From assembly GCA_965263035.1 (NCBI GenBank), contig OZ253580.1, forward strand, positions 4,800,001 through 4,864,000: 64,000 bases of DNA, read 5' to 3'. The position numbers and the translations under genes are program-made. This document shows, piece by piece, positions 10,473 to 20,800 of this stretch. The stretch's first letter is position 1. Each line of letters opens with the position of its first letter. The stretch is from Acidobacteriota bacterium (GTDB lineage: Bacteria; Acidobacteriota; UBA6911; RPQK01; JAJDTT01). The notes under the pieces were generated by a model. The model was not told the origin of the DNA, searched no databases, and saw only the letters and a list, made by a program, of their open reading frames with translations.

Positions 10473-11015
10473 TCAACGGTTTCTGGCCGGATCCTCCAGG
10501 AACAGCTTGAAGCGGACTTGCTCCCAATCACCCCAGTTCCTTCTTCTCTGGAAGAGGAAGTGGACCTCCGAATCTTCGGTGCCGCGAAAGGCGCGGAGAG
10601 TGTTCTCCCAGTTCTGCACCTGGTCCTGGTATTGGGGCCGGCCCGTCTTGCTCAACTGTCTTTCTTCTGCCGTCCCCATCGGGACGGCTGTCGACCGCAG
10701 ATACAGAGTCCCGACGATGGGAATGACTCGATCCGACTCCGTTTCAGTCCGCGCTTCGCCCGGGACGGTGGCGACGACCTCTTCGCCCTTCAGAAAGACC
10801 AGGGAACAGCCTTCCTCCTCGCGCCGGACTTCCAGATCGAAGCCACCCCGGTCCAACCGCTGGCCGTCCTCCGTGTAAAGGTCCCGATCCAGCCGGATCT
10901 CGGTCACATAGACCTCGACGGCTGCCCGCACCTGACCCGCACCTACAGCCAGGATCGCAATCAGGTGGACTCCGGCGACGAAATGCAGACATCGGAGTAG
11001 ACGGGTCCCATTCAT
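10473..11015 (-). CDS. Hypothetical secreted protein
   Basis: 180-aa ORF with signal-like N-terminus; overlaps the stop of the hicB-like gene. Confidence 0.7.
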   Translation of the reverse strand: MNGTRLLRCLHFVAGVHLIAILAVGAGQVRAAVEVYVTEIRLDRDLYTEDGQRLDRGGFDLEVRREEEGCSLVFLKGEEVVATVPGEARTETESDRVIPIVGTLYLRSTAVPMGTAEERQLSKTGRPQYQDQVQNWENTLRAFRGTEDSEVHFLFQRRRNWGDWEQVRFKLFLEDPARNR

Positions 11016-11227
11016 GAGACGATTCCCGTTTCTCGGATGGCCTCAGGGGGCACACCGCGCAATTCTTTCTCGCGGCGTTCCTTGAGGATGAGCGCTATGG
11101 CCTCCGCCAGATTGTCACGAGCCTCATCCTTGGACTTGCCCTGACCGTTGGCGCCAGGGATTTCCGGGCAGTAGGCAATATGCCACTCTCCGTCCCGCTC
11201 GATAATGGACGTGAACGGATTCGTCAC
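11012..11227 (-). CDS. hicB: HicB-family antitoxin (short form, orphan)
   Basis: IAYCPEIPGANGQGKSKDEARDNLAEAI HicB signature. Confidence 0.88.
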   Translation of the reverse strand: MTNPFTSIIERDGEWHIAYCPEIPGANGQGKSKDEARDNLAEAIALILKERREKELRGVPPEAIRETGIVS

Positions 11228-11343
11228 CGTTGAAGTCTCCCAAAATATCGCCCCTCAGGTCAAAGGGCGATTTGACCCTCAAGGTGAATCTCATCGGGCT
11301 CACGAGGCGACTCGCCATTCAGGGATAGGCGACCCGTGGTACT

Positions 11344-11703
11344 TTGACGGGAAATGTCGCTCTTGATCACGCGGAATCCAGGGAGTCGAAAGTGATCCTT
11401 GACCTCAAGTGTTATGCGTACCGCGAGGCTGACGCTTGGGAAGCAATCTGCGTCGACTTGGACATTGCGACGTGTGGCTCGTCTCTCGACGAAGTCAAGC
11501 AATCCCTCGCCACCTCCATAGAACTTTATTTGGGGAGGGTCGCCGAGTTGCCGGCCCACGAACAAAGCGACTTCTTGGCGCGCAAGTCTCCTTGGCATTT
11601 TCGCGCCAAGCTGGCGTTCACGACTTGGTTGTCTGGTCTTCGAGGCTCAGCCGGTCGATTTCGGGGCTTTTCGTTCCAACATGACCTTCCCGTGCTTCCC
11701 TAA
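11344..11703 (+). CDS. HicB-like (partial RNase H fold) protein
   Basis: WEAICVDLDIATCGSSLDEVKQSLATSIELY resembles the HicB N-domain; start uncertain. Confidence 0.65.
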   Translation: MTGNVALDHAESRESKVILDLKCYAYREADAWEAICVDLDIATCGSSLDEVKQSLATSIELYLGRVAELPAHEQSDFLARKSPWHFRAKLAFTTWLSGLRGSAGRFRGFSFQHDLPVLP

Positions 11704-11840
11704 CGCAACAGGACCTTTGGCAACCCGGACTGCCGACGAATTCCGGACAAGGTGACTGCGGACAAGGTGACTGCCCGTACCTCGTCGCCATCCTTTCCAG
11801 GTACCGGAACGATCAGGCGTTTTCCGCCTACCCATCCCCA
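11700..11840 (-). pseudogene. HicA-like toxin C-terminal remnant with a 15-bp tandem duplication
   Basis: GKRLIVPVPGKDGDEVRAVTLSAVTLSGIRRQSGLPK; cggacaaggtgactg is duplicated at 11744-11773; no clear N-terminus. Confidence 0.5.
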
Positions 11841-12041
11841 ACCTGGCGAAGCCGAAACCAAAATGTTTTCGGCGGAGCGGCGGCATTCCAGCTCCCGGAC
11901 CTTCAATTGGCCTCGTCGTGCTCCGGTTTGGACCGAAGAGGGCGCCCACAAGGGGCGCGCCCCTACCAATAATTCTTCGTCCATTCGCACAAGATTTTGA
12001 GAGTAGGGAACTGAAAGTGCCGGTGGCTTCCGGACTGGAGG

Positions 12042-13511
12042 TTAACTTCGCTGGAGTAGCCGCCGTGAGAGGTCGTTGTAACCCCCCACGTCGGTGAGTC
12101 GCCGGTCCCGTCCCTGGAAGAAGTAGGTGAGTCCTTCGTGGTCCAGGCCCAGCAGCGAGAGGATGGTGGCGTGCAGGTCGTGGACGTGAACCTTGTCCTC
12201 GGTCGCCTTCATTCCCAGGTCGTCGGTGGCGCCGATGGCCTTCCCTCCCTGGATTCCGGCTCCCGTCATCCAGCATGAGAATCCGTACGGGTGATGATCC
12301 CGGCCGAGTTTTCCCTGCACGAACGGCGTCCGGCCGAATTCCCCGGAACAGAACACCAGGGTGCTCTCCAGCAGCCCCCGCTGCTTGAGATCCTGCAGCA
12401 GGCCGGCGATGGGCTGGTCCACCTTTCTGGAGTTGTCCCAATGGTTCCGGGAACATTGCTCGTGGCCGTCCCAGTCGGTGCTGATCAGGTGTACGAAGCG
12501 GACGCCGCGTTCCAACATGCGCCGGGTCAGCAGGCACATCCGCCCGAACTTCCGGCTCTTTTCCTGGTCCAGTCCGTACAGCCGGCGGATGTGTTCCGGC
12601 TCCCGGGAGAGGTCGACGAGTTCCGGCGCGGCGGTCTGCATTCGGAAAGCCAGCTCATAGTTGGAGATGCGAGCCGCCAGACTCGTGTCGTCGGAGCGGG
12701 CCTGGTAGTGCCGCCGGTTCGACTTCCGGATCCAGTCCAGGAGGTTCCGCTGATCCGCCGGGGTCATCTCCTGGGGAGGAGTCAGGTCCTTGAGAGGGGC
12801 GCCCTCGGAGCGCAGCAGGGTGCCCTGGTAGATGGCGGGCAGGAACCCGGAGCCGAAGTGGTTCCGGTTGGTCCGGCCCCACAAGTTGCCGTCGGTCATC
12901 ACCATGTAGGCGGGAAGATTGTCGTTCTCGCTCCCCAGGCCGTACAGGATCCAGGACCCGACGCTGGGATGTCCCGTGAGGATGGAACCGGTGCAGAGGT
13001 AGTTGGTCGCCGGACCGTGGACGAAGGAATCATGGTAGCAGGAGCGGACCACTGCCAAGTCGTCGGCGTGCGTGGCCACCTTCCGCATGAGATCCGAAAT
13101 CTCCAGCCCCGACTCCCCGTACCTGCGAAAGGGGATGTCCGAACCCATCAGCTTGGCTTCGCCGGCGGCGATATTGGCGAAATTGAGATCGCCCGAGGCG
13201 AAGCTCTGGGGAAGGTTCTGGCCGTCGTAGCGCGTCAGAGCCGGCTTGGGATCCAGGGTGTCCACATGGCTGGCGCCTCCCTGGAGATAGATGAAGACCA
13301 CGTTGCGGCCACTTGCGCTCTGGTGAGGAGGCTTGGGTGCGAGCGGGTGCAGAATCGATTCCCGGGTCCCCTTGGCGGAGGCCGTCCGGAAGAAGGATTC
13401 CCGCTCCAGCAGATGGATCAGCGGCAGGGAGCCGAAGCCCATTCCCCACTTGCTCAGGAACTCGCGTCGTGAGCCGGCCGGTTCATGGCGATGGCAGTGG
13501 AAGGGATTCAT
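12042..13511 (-). CDS. DUF1501 domain protein
   Basis: SRREFL, GGASHVDTLDPKP, YELAFRMQ, WDGH, GEFGRTP, RDHH. Confidence 0.95.
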   Translation of the reverse strand: MNPFHCHRHEPAGSRREFLSKWGMGFGSLPLIHLLERESFFRTASAKGTRESILHPLAPKPPHQSASGRNVVFIYLQGGASHVDTLDPKPALTRYDGQNLPQSFASGDLNFANIAAGEAKLMGSDIPFRRYGESGLEISDLMRKVATHADDLAVVRSCYHDSFVHGPATNYLCTGSILTGHPSVGSWILYGLGSENDNLPAYMVMTDGNLWGRTNRNHFGSGFLPAIYQGTLLRSEGAPLKDLTPPQEMTPADQRNLLDWIRKSNRRHYQARSDDTSLAARISNYELAFRMQTAAPELVDLSREPEHIRRLYGLDQEKSRKFGRMCLLTRRMLERGVRFVHLISTDWDGHEQCSRNHWDNSRKVDQPIAGLLQDLKQRGLLESTLVFCSGEFGRTPFVQGKLGRDHHPYGFSCWMTGAGIQGGKAIGATDDLGMKATEDKVHVHDLHATILSLLGLDHEGLTYFFQGRDRRLTDVGGYNDLSRRLLQRS

Positions 13512-13526
13512 GGAATAAACCGCTTC

Positions 13527-16148
13527 TCAATCAATATGGCTGAACTCGTTGACATTAAACAGTCCCAGGCAGAACTGGGTCAAGGCTGCGGCCCGCCGCC
13601 GTGGAATCTTCTCGAGCTGGGCCGGAAGCTCGAACCATTTCTCTACCTTCACCTCCCGGGCTCGGGCCGACATCAGTTCCAGGGCTTCCTTCTTCTCCGT
13701 GGCGGACGGCGCCCGGCTCAGGGCAAGCCGCCACGCCTTCTCCACCCAGGCTCCCGGGTCGTCCCCCTCGCTCTCCACCAGTCGGGACGCAAAGGCCACT
13801 GCCTGCCGGAACGCCATCCGGTTGTTGAGGAACCAGAGGGCCTGCGGCGCTACCGTGGTGACGTCACGGCGGGGGCAGCTGACGGCGTTCTGGGGGCTGT
13901 CGAAGACGTCGAACATGGGAAACCGGAGATTGCGGCGGCTGAGGATATAGACGCCCCGGCGGAGTTGGGAGAGGGGGTCCGCGACGGTCAGCCAACCTTT
14001 GGGACCTCCCAGGCTTTCCATCTCTTCAGCTCCGAGTGGCGGCGCCGCCGGACGGCCGTACACCCCGAGATTCAGGGTGCCGGCCACCGCAAGGGTGGCG
14101 TCCCAGAGGACTTCCGCTTCCAACCGCCGCCGGTTCATCCTCCAGAGGAGACGGTTTTCGGGATCCAGCGAGTAAGCGGCCGGATCGCCGTGCAAGCTCG
14201 ACATGCGGTAAGTGCTGGAGTTCAGGATCAGCCAGTGCATCGCCTTGAGGCTCCAGCTCCGGGCCGTGAACTCGACGGCCAGCCAATCCAGGAGCTGTGG
14301 ATGACTGGGCTGCTCTCCCTGGCGGCCGTAGTCGTTGGGAGTTCCCACCAGTCCTTGTCCGAAATGCCATTGCCAGAGCCGGTTCACCATGACCCGAGCG
14401 GTGAGAGGGTGGTCCGGACGGCTCAGCCAGAGCGCCAACTGCTTGCGGGGGCGGTTCCCCATTGATCCCGAGAAGACGCCATTGGGATCGGTCTCCCGGC
14501 TAAGCACCGCCGGCAAGCCGGGTCCGACCCGTTCCTCCTTGCGTCTGAACTCGCCTCGACTCAAGACGTGAACGGGTGCGGAAGCCTCCCGATCGTAATG
14601 ATCCAGCACTGAAGCGGTCGGTAACTCAAGCAGTCCTTCGAACCGGACCAGATTGGAGCCCTCGATCTCGGAGACCTTGAGTACGGCCCGGGCCAGCCCG
14701 AAAAGCAATTTTTGGTGTTCGTCCTGCTCCGGCTCGGTCAGAGCCTCCTCGAATTTGACGGCACGGACCGCCTCCATCAGGAGTTTGGCCAATTCTTCCT
14801 GCTCCGGGGTCCGCCGATCATTGTCCGTCTCGTAGGCTTCCACCACTTCCGGTGAAAATTGCGCCTTCTTCTCCTGTTCGATCCTCTTTTTGACCCGTTT
14901 CTCGAATCGGCGATAAGCGGAACGGCTTTCGTCCACGGCGATGACGGCGGGGTAGTCGATGTTCCGCGAGACCGCCTGAATGGGACTCATGATGGGGACG
15001 TCGACCTTGTGGCTGTTGGCGAACAGGGCCTGGAAGGCGTAGTAGTCCCTCTGGCTGATGGGGTCTGCTTTGTGATCGTGACAGCGGGCGCAGCCCAGAG
15101 TGAGCCCCAGAAAGGCGGCGCCGGTGGTGTCCGCCCAATCGGTCAGTTCTTCGGCGCGCAACTGCTGGGCGTCCTGCATCGACTCCAGCACCTCGGGCCC
15201 GAACGTGTAGAGGCCGGTTCCGACCCGTGCTTCCAGGTATTCGTTCTTCTTCAGGGGAATGGTCCGGCTCCCCAGGAGCTCGAATCGTTGGGGCCAGAGC
15301 TCGTCGCCTGCGACCTGCTCCTGCAGGAAACGGTCGTAGGGCTTGTCCTCGTTGAACGACTTGATGACGTAGTCCCGATACCGCCAGGCGTTGGGGTAGT
15401 AGTGGTCCGACTCGTATCCGCTGCTGTCGGCATAGCGGACCACGTCCAGCCAGTGCCGGGCCCAGCGCTCGCCGTAGCGTGGCGATTCCAGCAGCTTGCC
15501 CACCATCTTGCCGTAGGCCTCGGGCGAGTCGTCTTCCAGGTGCCGGTCCACCTGCTCCGGCGTCGGCGGAAGTCCGATGAGATCGAAGTAGGCTCTTCGG
15601 ATCAGGGTTCGCCGGTCGGCCTCGGGCGCCGGTTTCAAGCCCTTTTCCTGAAGCCGGGCCAGCACGAATGCATCGATGGGGTTCCGGACCCAGCCGTCCG
15701 CTTCCGTCTCTGGAACGGGTGGCCGCCGGAGCTTCCGGAACGACCACCAGGAGGGTGGGGAGGGGCCGTCTTCCCGGACGCCGGTCCAAGGAAGGCCGGC
15801 GTCGATCCAGCGGCGCAGCACCTCCAGATCCGCAGCCGCCAGCGGAGAGCCGCCCGGGGGCATTTTCAGCTCGCCGTCATGGGAAGCGGCCAGAAACAGC
15901 AGGCTTGAGCCGGCGTCTCCGGGAATCGCCGCCGGACCCCGCTGGCCGCCTTCCAGCAGAGTTTGCCTCCCGCTCAGATCAAGTCCCCCCTGGCGCGCCA
16001 CGCCATGGCAGGCAAGGCAGTCCCGCTCCAGAATCTCAAGAGCGGCCCCCACCACCGATCCGTCCGATTCCGTAGCGATAGTACTACCGGTCAGGAATGG
16101 CAGCGACCAGAACACGATGGCCAGGAAGGCATAAAGCCGGTTGATCAT
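13527..16148 (-). CDS. Planctomycete cytochrome c (PSCyt1) + DUF1549 + DUF1553 protein
   Basis: Signal; CLACH, YGERWARHWLDVVRYADS, CARCHDHK, ARVMVNRLWQWHFG. Confidence 0.95.
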   Translation of the reverse strand: MINRLYAFLAIVFWSLPFLTGSTIATESDGSVVGAALEILERDCLACHGVARQGGLDLSGRQTLLEGGQRGPAAIPGDAGSSLLFLAASHDGELKMPPGGSPLAAADLEVLRRWIDAGLPWTGVREDGPSPPSWWSFRKLRRPPVPETEADGWVRNPIDAFVLARLQEKGLKPAPEADRRTLIRRAYFDLIGLPPTPEQVDRHLEDDSPEAYGKMVGKLLESPRYGERWARHWLDVVRYADSSGYESDHYYPNAWRYRDYVIKSFNEDKPYDRFLQEQVAGDELWPQRFELLGSRTIPLKKNEYLEARVGTGLYTFGPEVLESMQDAQQLRAEELTDWADTTGAAFLGLTLGCARCHDHKADPISQRDYYAFQALFANSHKVDVPIMSPIQAVSRNIDYPAVIAVDESRSAYRRFEKRVKKRIEQEKKAQFSPEVVEAYETDNDRRTPEQEELAKLLMEAVRAVKFEEALTEPEQDEHQKLLFGLARAVLKVSEIEGSNLVRFEGLLELPTASVLDHYDREASAPVHVLSRGEFRRKEERVGPGLPAVLSRETDPNGVFSGSMGNRPRKQLALWLSRPDHPLTARVMVNRLWQWHFGQGLVGTPNDYGRQGEQPSHPQLLDWLAVEFTARSWSLKAMHWLILNSSTYRMSSLHGDPAAYSLDPENRLLWRMNRRRLEAEVLWDATLAVAGTLNLGVYGRPAAPPLGAEEMESLGGPKGWLTVADPLSQLRRGVYILSRRNLRFPMFDVFDSPQNAVSCPRRDVTTVAPQALWFLNNRMAFRQAVAFASRLVESEGDDPGAWVEKAWRLALSRAPSATEKKEALELMSARAREVKVEKWFELPAQLEKIPRRRAAALTQFCLGLFNVNEFSHID

Positions 16149-16288
16149 GGATTCGATTCCGGCGCCGGAAATAGGTCTGTCTACAGCGGCAACAGTCTAC
16201 CAAGTCCGGGCAGGACTTGCTGATGGCGGCGGCTTTCTTGCCGCCGCACGCCGGTGGTCCGTGGGTAAGACAGCCTGAACAATTCCGC

Positions 16289-16711
16289 CTACGGCATCAC
16301 CTGGAGACCCTCCAATTCGGCGGCGATCGACAGCCGCTGGTCAAGACAGACGAATGTGAGAGGGGAACTCAATTGTTCTTGAACCAACATCGCGGCGGCA
16401 AGCTGACCGGCATCCGCGGCGCGCAAGGGATGCCGTGCCAACAGCAGGTTCGCTCGCGCTCGAACGGAGAGGATATCCGTTACCTCATCCCATTTGTTGG
16501 CGAAGGCTTCGAACACTCTGAGCAGGTTGCGACGCTCCAAGCGCGCAAGCGCCCCTTCACGTGTCCGACGTTCAATCGCGCTGACAATCCCGGTTCTTGT
16601 CCAGGCCCAGGTAATGATCCGGTCGTCTTCCGCCAATCGATCACGTGCCCAGCCGCTTTCGGCTTCCGCAATGATCAGCGGCACCAACGCAGATGTATCC
16701 CAGTACCTCAA
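16289..16711 (-). CDS. vapC: VapC-family PIN toxin
   Basis: YWDTSALVPL N-terminus and HPLRAADAGQLAAA; overlaps antitoxin stop. Confidence 0.92.
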   Translation of the reverse strand: MRYWDTSALVPLIIAEAESGWARDRLAEDDRIITWAWTRTGIVSAIERRTREGALARLERRNLLRVFEAFANKWDEVTDILSVRARANLLLARHPLRAADAGQLAAAMLVQEQLSSPLTFVCLDQRLSIAAELEGLQVMP

Positions 16712-16989
16712 AACCGGTCCTTCCGATCCTCGGCCAACGCCTCGGAAATACTCACCGGCAACTCCAACGGAGGCTCGTCCAGAATAGCGGCAGCACCGCC
16801 TAGACCCGGTCTTATCACACCGTGGCTGATCAGCCGTTCTCGGGCTCCCTGGTCTTCCCCGGCTGCGGTTGCAACAAGTTTCGCGACCGGTTTGCCGCGG
16901 TCGAGAATCTGGACCTCGCCTCCCCGGCGGACCTCCCGAACATAGTGCGAGAGATTCGCCTTCAACTCGGAAATCGACACAGTAGTCAT
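16708..16989 (-). CDS. Phd/YefM-family antitoxin
   Basis: VSISELKANLSHYVREVRRGGEVQILDRGKPVAKL. Confidence 0.93.
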   Translation of the reverse strand: MTTVSISELKANLSHYVREVRRGGEVQILDRGKPVAKLVATAAGEDQGARERLISHGVIRPGLGGAAAILDEPPLELPVSISEALAEDRKDRF

Positions 16990-17020
16990 AGTGACTATTC
17001 TAGTCTTTTATTTCTGACTA
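16983..17020. promoter_or_regulatory. Putative TA autoregulatory operator (two palindromes)
   Basis: TAGTCA-tag-TGACTA (16983-16997) overlaps the antitoxin start; TAGTC-N10-GACTA at 17001-17020. Confidence 0.6.
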
Positions 17021-17187
17021 ATTAAGTCCGAAAGCTTCAATTTGTAGGTTGAAGGATCTGGACAAATGCCGCGCCGTGGCAGAATCGACTTTATCCAGGT
17101 TTCCTGTTAGTCTCGCCGGGTTTCGAGCGGGCGGTCCCTGGTGCGGTGACGGCTCGTAGCGAATCCCATCCAACACGAGAGGCGCTC

Positions 17188-18183
17188 ATGGCATTGACAA
17201 CCGAAGCGACCCCCTCGAAAGGACTTGACCCCGCCGCCCGGCTGGACCTGCTGCGTCAGATGCTCACGATTCGGGCGTTCGAGTACCGGGTGGGGGAGTT
17301 CTACGAACGGGCCGAGATGCCGGGCATCACCCATCTCTCCATCGGACAGGAGGCGGTGGCCGTCGGCGTCTGCGCTCACCTCGACCGAAAGGACTACATC
17401 ACCAGCACCCATCGCGGACATGGCCACTGTTACGCCAAAGGCGCCAGCTTGGTCCCCATGTTCGGCGAGTTGCTGGGCAAGGCGAACGGATACTGCCGCG
17501 GCAAGGGCGGGTCCATGCACATCGCCGACCGGGAAACGGGCCACCTGGGAGCCAACGCCATCATCGGCGGGGGCATACCGCTGGCGGCAGGCGCCGCCCT
17601 CTCCGCCAAGGTGCTCCGGAATCGGGGCGTCGGCGTCTCATTCTTCGGCGACGGAGCCCTCAACGAGGGCATCCTGTTGGAAACGATGAACCTGGCCGCC
17701 ATCTGGAAGTTGCCCGCCATCTTTGCCTGCGAGAACAATCACTATGGGGAATACACCCCCACGGAGCAGGTGACCGCCGGCCGCCTCACGCTCCGCGGAG
17801 AGGCCTTCGGCATCCCCTCGTCGGAAGTCGACGGGATGGACGTCCTGGCCGTCTACGACGCCACGTATCCGGCGGTTCAACGTGCCAGGGAGGGTGGTGG
17901 CCCCAGCTTCTTCGTCTTCGACACCTACCGCTACCTGGGTCACGGCATGTCGGATCGAACCAGGCCCTACCGCTCGCGTGAGGAAGAGGACGAGTGGCGG
18001 AGCCGGCGAGACCCCATCGAGCGATTGAGAAAGCAGCTGTTGGAGGCGGGGCACTACACCGATCCGGAACTGGATGCCGTTGGAGAGGAGGTCCGGGCCG
18101 AGGTGGAGGAAGCCGCGCGATTGGCTCAAGAAGCGCCGTTCCCGGACCCGGAAGAGGTGGACCGACATGTCTTCGCAGACTGA
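17188..18183 (+). CDS. TPP-dependent acetoin/2-oxoacid dehydrogenase E1 alpha
   Basis: HLSIGQEA, STHRGHGH, GKGGSMH, FFGDGALNEG...ENNHY. Confidence 0.95.
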   Translation: MALTTEATPSKGLDPAARLDLLRQMLTIRAFEYRVGEFYERAEMPGITHLSIGQEAVAVGVCAHLDRKDYITSTHRGHGHCYAKGASLVPMFGELLGKANGYCRGKGGSMHIADRETGHLGANAIIGGGIPLAAGAALSAKVLRNRGVGVSFFGDGALNEGILLETMNLAAIWKLPAIFACENNHYGEYTPTEQVTAGRLTLRGEAFGIPSSEVDGMDVLAVYDATYPAVQRAREGGGPSFFVFDTYRYLGHGMSDRTRPYRSREEEDEWRSRRDPIERLRKQLLEAGHYTDPELDAVGEEVRAEVEEAARLAQEAPFPDPEEVDRHVFAD

Positions 18184-19168
18184 AGCTCGCCAACTGACCT
18201 TCAGCCAAGCCGTCAACGAGGCGATCCGGGAGGAAATGGATCGCGATCATCGAGTGATCCTGTTCGGTGAGGACGTGGCGGCGGCCGGAGGGGTCTGGAA
18301 GGTGACCGACGGACTCCTGGACCGCTTCGGGGCGGAACGAGTCCTGGATACGCCCATCTCCGAAGCCGGAATCGCCGGTTTGGGCGTGGGGGCGGCCATG
18401 ACCGGTCTGCGGCCCATCGTAGAGATCATGTTCGGTGACTTTCTGCCGCTCGCCTCCGATCAGATCGTCAACCAGGCGGCCAAGACGTATTACATGTCAG
18501 GCGGGATGACCAGCGTCCCCATGGTCTTCCTCACCTCCATGGGCGCCGGGCGCCGTTTGGCGGCTCAGCACTCTCAAAGCCTGCAAGCCTGGTTCGCCCA
18601 TATCCCCGGGTTGAAGGTGGTGCTGCCGTCAAGCCCCCAAGACGCCAAGGGCCTGATGAAGACCGCCATCCGGGACGAGAATCCAGTGGTCTTCCTGCAG
18701 GACAAGGTGGACATCTACCGGAAGGGTCCGGTTCCCGATCCTTCCCACGAGTACACCATCCCCTTCGGTCGCGCCGACGTGAAGCGGGAGGGGGACGATC
18801 TGACCCTGATCGCCACCTCCAGCATGGTCTGGCAGGCCCTGGACGCGGCTTCGGAGTTGGCGGACGAGGGCATCGAGTCGGAGGTCGTCGACCCGCGCAC
18901 CCTGGCGCCGCTGGACGAAGAGGCGCTGCTGGACTCGGTCCGAAAGACGGCTCGCTGTCTGGTGATCGACGAGGGCTACCAGCGCTATGGGGCGGGAGCC
19001 GAGATCGCGGCTCTGATCGGCGAGAATCTGTTCTACGATCTGGAGGCGCCGGTTCGCCGGCTCGGCGCCATGGACGTTCCGGTTCCTTTCTCGCCGACGC
19101 TGGAGGACCTGACCATTCCCCGCAAGGAGCAGATCGTCGAGATCGCCCGCCAGATGTTCGAAGACTGA
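18167..19168 (+). CDS. Dehydrogenase E1 beta
   Basis: GEDV, DTPISE, GLRPIVEIMF, AQHSQ. Confidence 0.95.
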   Translation: MSSQTEARQLTFSQAVNEAIREEMDRDHRVILFGEDVAAAGGVWKVTDGLLDRFGAERVLDTPISEAGIAGLGVGAAMTGLRPIVEIMFGDFLPLASDQIVNQAAKTYYMSGGMTSVPMVFLTSMGAGRRLAAQHSQSLQAWFAHIPGLKVVLPSSPQDAKGLMKTAIRDENPVVFLQDKVDIYRKGPVPDPSHEYTIPFGRADVKREGDDLTLIATSSMVWQALDAASELADEGIESEVVDPRTLAPLDEEALLDSVRKTARCLVIDEGYQRYGAGAEIAALIGENLFYDLEAPVRRLGAMDVPVPFSPTLEDLTIPRKEQIVEIARQMFED

Positions 19169-19236
19169 CCGGTCGTCTACAACCGGGCCTCGCCATTGCC
19201 GGGAACTTTCCATCGATTCCAATTCGGAGAGGATTT

Positions 19237-20406
19237 GTGGCCACTGAAGTGATCATGCCTGCGCTGGAGATGTCCCAGGAGCAGGGCGTCCTGGTGCGTT
19301 GGTTCAAGTCCGAGGGGGAGTTCGTGGCCCGGGGCGAACCCCTGATGGAGATCGAGACCGACAAGGCGGTCATGGAGATCGAAGCCGCCGCATCCGGGGT
19401 CCTGTCCAACGTCACGGCCCGGGAGGGGGACGAGATCCCGGTGGGCCAGGGGATCGCGTGGCTCCTGAGCGAAGGTGAAGCGGCCCCCTCGCCGGCGGTC
19501 GGTGCGCCCGGAAAGCAGCGACCGTCCACTCGCCCCGCAACCGCCCGCCGCGCACGCGGCACAAAGACCGGAACCCGCACTCGCTCCCGGCGGGGAAGGG
19601 TCCGGGCGTCCCCCCGAGCCAGGAAGATGGCCCGCAAGTTGGGCATCGATCTGGCCACCGTCACCGGATCCGGCCCCAAGGGCGCCATCCTGCCCCGGGA
19701 TCTTGAGGCGCACGAGGCGGCTTCCAAAAAAGACGCCGCTGCGGAATCGGAATATCGCGTTATTCCCATCCAGGGAACGCGACGCTCCATCGCCCGTCGC
19801 ACGAGCGACAGCTACCGGAATGCCCCCCACATTTCTCTCTCCCTCTCCCTGGACGTGACCGACCTGCAAGCCAGGACGACTCCGCAACGCCGTCTCACGC
19901 CTTGTCTACTGAAAGCGGTGGCCGATGCGCTCATGAAACACCCCCGGCTCAACGCCCATCTGGTGGAGGAGGAGATCCGCGAGTTCAGGGCGGTTCATCT
20001 TGGGGTCGCCGTCTCTCTGGAAGACGGTCTCGTGGTTCCGGTTCTGCGGAACGTGGAGCAGAAGGGAATCGAACGGATCCAGACAGAACTGGCGGATCTG
20101 GCCGATCGATCCCGAAAGCGGAGGCTCCAGCCTGACGAGATGAAGGGAAGCACCTTCTCGGTCTCCAACCTGGGCATGTACGGCATCGAGCAGTTCACCT
20201 CCATCCTGAATCCGCCCGAAGTCGGGATCCTCTCGGTAGGGACCGTCCGCTCCGTGCCGGTGGTGGTGGACGGGCAGGTCGCCGTCCGTTCCAGGATGCA
20301 GGTGACCGTGAACGCCGATCACCGGGCCGTGGACGGCGCCGCGGCGGCCCGGTTTCTGCAGACCCTCAAGGAGTCCATCGAATCCGCCGGCGAGGCGGTG
20401 TCCTGA
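19237..20406 (+). CDS. Dihydrolipoamide acyltransferase E2
   Basis: Lipoyl EIETDKA, E3-binding ASPRARK..GSGPKG, catalytic DHRAVDG; no E3 gene in the window. Confidence 0.95.
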   Translation: MATEVIMPALEMSQEQGVLVRWFKSEGEFVARGEPLMEIETDKAVMEIEAAASGVLSNVTAREGDEIPVGQGIAWLLSEGEAAPSPAVGAPGKQRPSTRPATARRARGTKTGTRTRSRRGRVRASPRARKMARKLGIDLATVTGSGPKGAILPRDLEAHEAASKKDAAAESEYRVIPIQGTRRSIARRTSDSYRNAPHISLSLSLDVTDLQARTTPQRRLTPCLLKAVADALMKHPRLNAHLVEEEIREFRAVHLGVAVSLEDGLVVPVLRNVEQKGIERIQTELADLADRSRKRRLQPDEMKGSTFSVSNLGMYGIEQFTSILNPPEVGILSVGTVRSVPVVVDGQVAVRSRMQVTVNADHRAVDGAAAARFLQTLKESIESAGEAVS

Positions 20407-20495
20407 GACCAAACGTTGAATCAACCGGAGTTCCCAAAAAAATCAGGTCAACTCTTCGCAAGTGGTTGAAAACACGAGAGTCAGAAGATTCGACC

Positions 20496-20575
20496 GTAGG
20501 GGCGACCCTTGTGGTCGCCCTCCCCGGGCCGATCAGTAAGGGGCGACAGCGGGCACGCACAAGGGGCGCCCCTAC
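20496..20575. repeat. GTAG-type REP pair (REPIN-like); related copies at 11939-11966, 25810-25834, 36643-36668
   Basis: GTAGGGGCGACCCTTGTGGTCGCCC and the inverted GGGCACGCACAAGGGGCGCCCCTAC. Confidence 0.8.
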
Positions 20576-20609
20576 GTCGCGATCCTCGTTCAACCCTGCC
20601 CCGATCACC

Positions 20610-20800
20610 GTGAAGTTGTCATGCTAATCTCGAAGGATGGCACTAGCTTCGTTTTGGAAGAGGCTGATGGCTTCGAGCGCGAAGCGACCAAACTTGGCAA
20701 TAGCGATGTGTTCATGAAGTTTCTTGAGGACCGCTCACGCGAGGAAGGTGCGACTCCGATAGAACAATACGCTGAGGAGCTTGGCGCAAAAGATACATAG
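20610..20800 (+). pseudogene. 5'-truncated small antitoxin-like ORF
   Basis: EVVMLISKDGTSFVLEEADGFEREATKLGNSDVFMKFLEDRSREEGATPIEQYAEELGAKDT*; family call from memory only. Confidence 0.45.
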
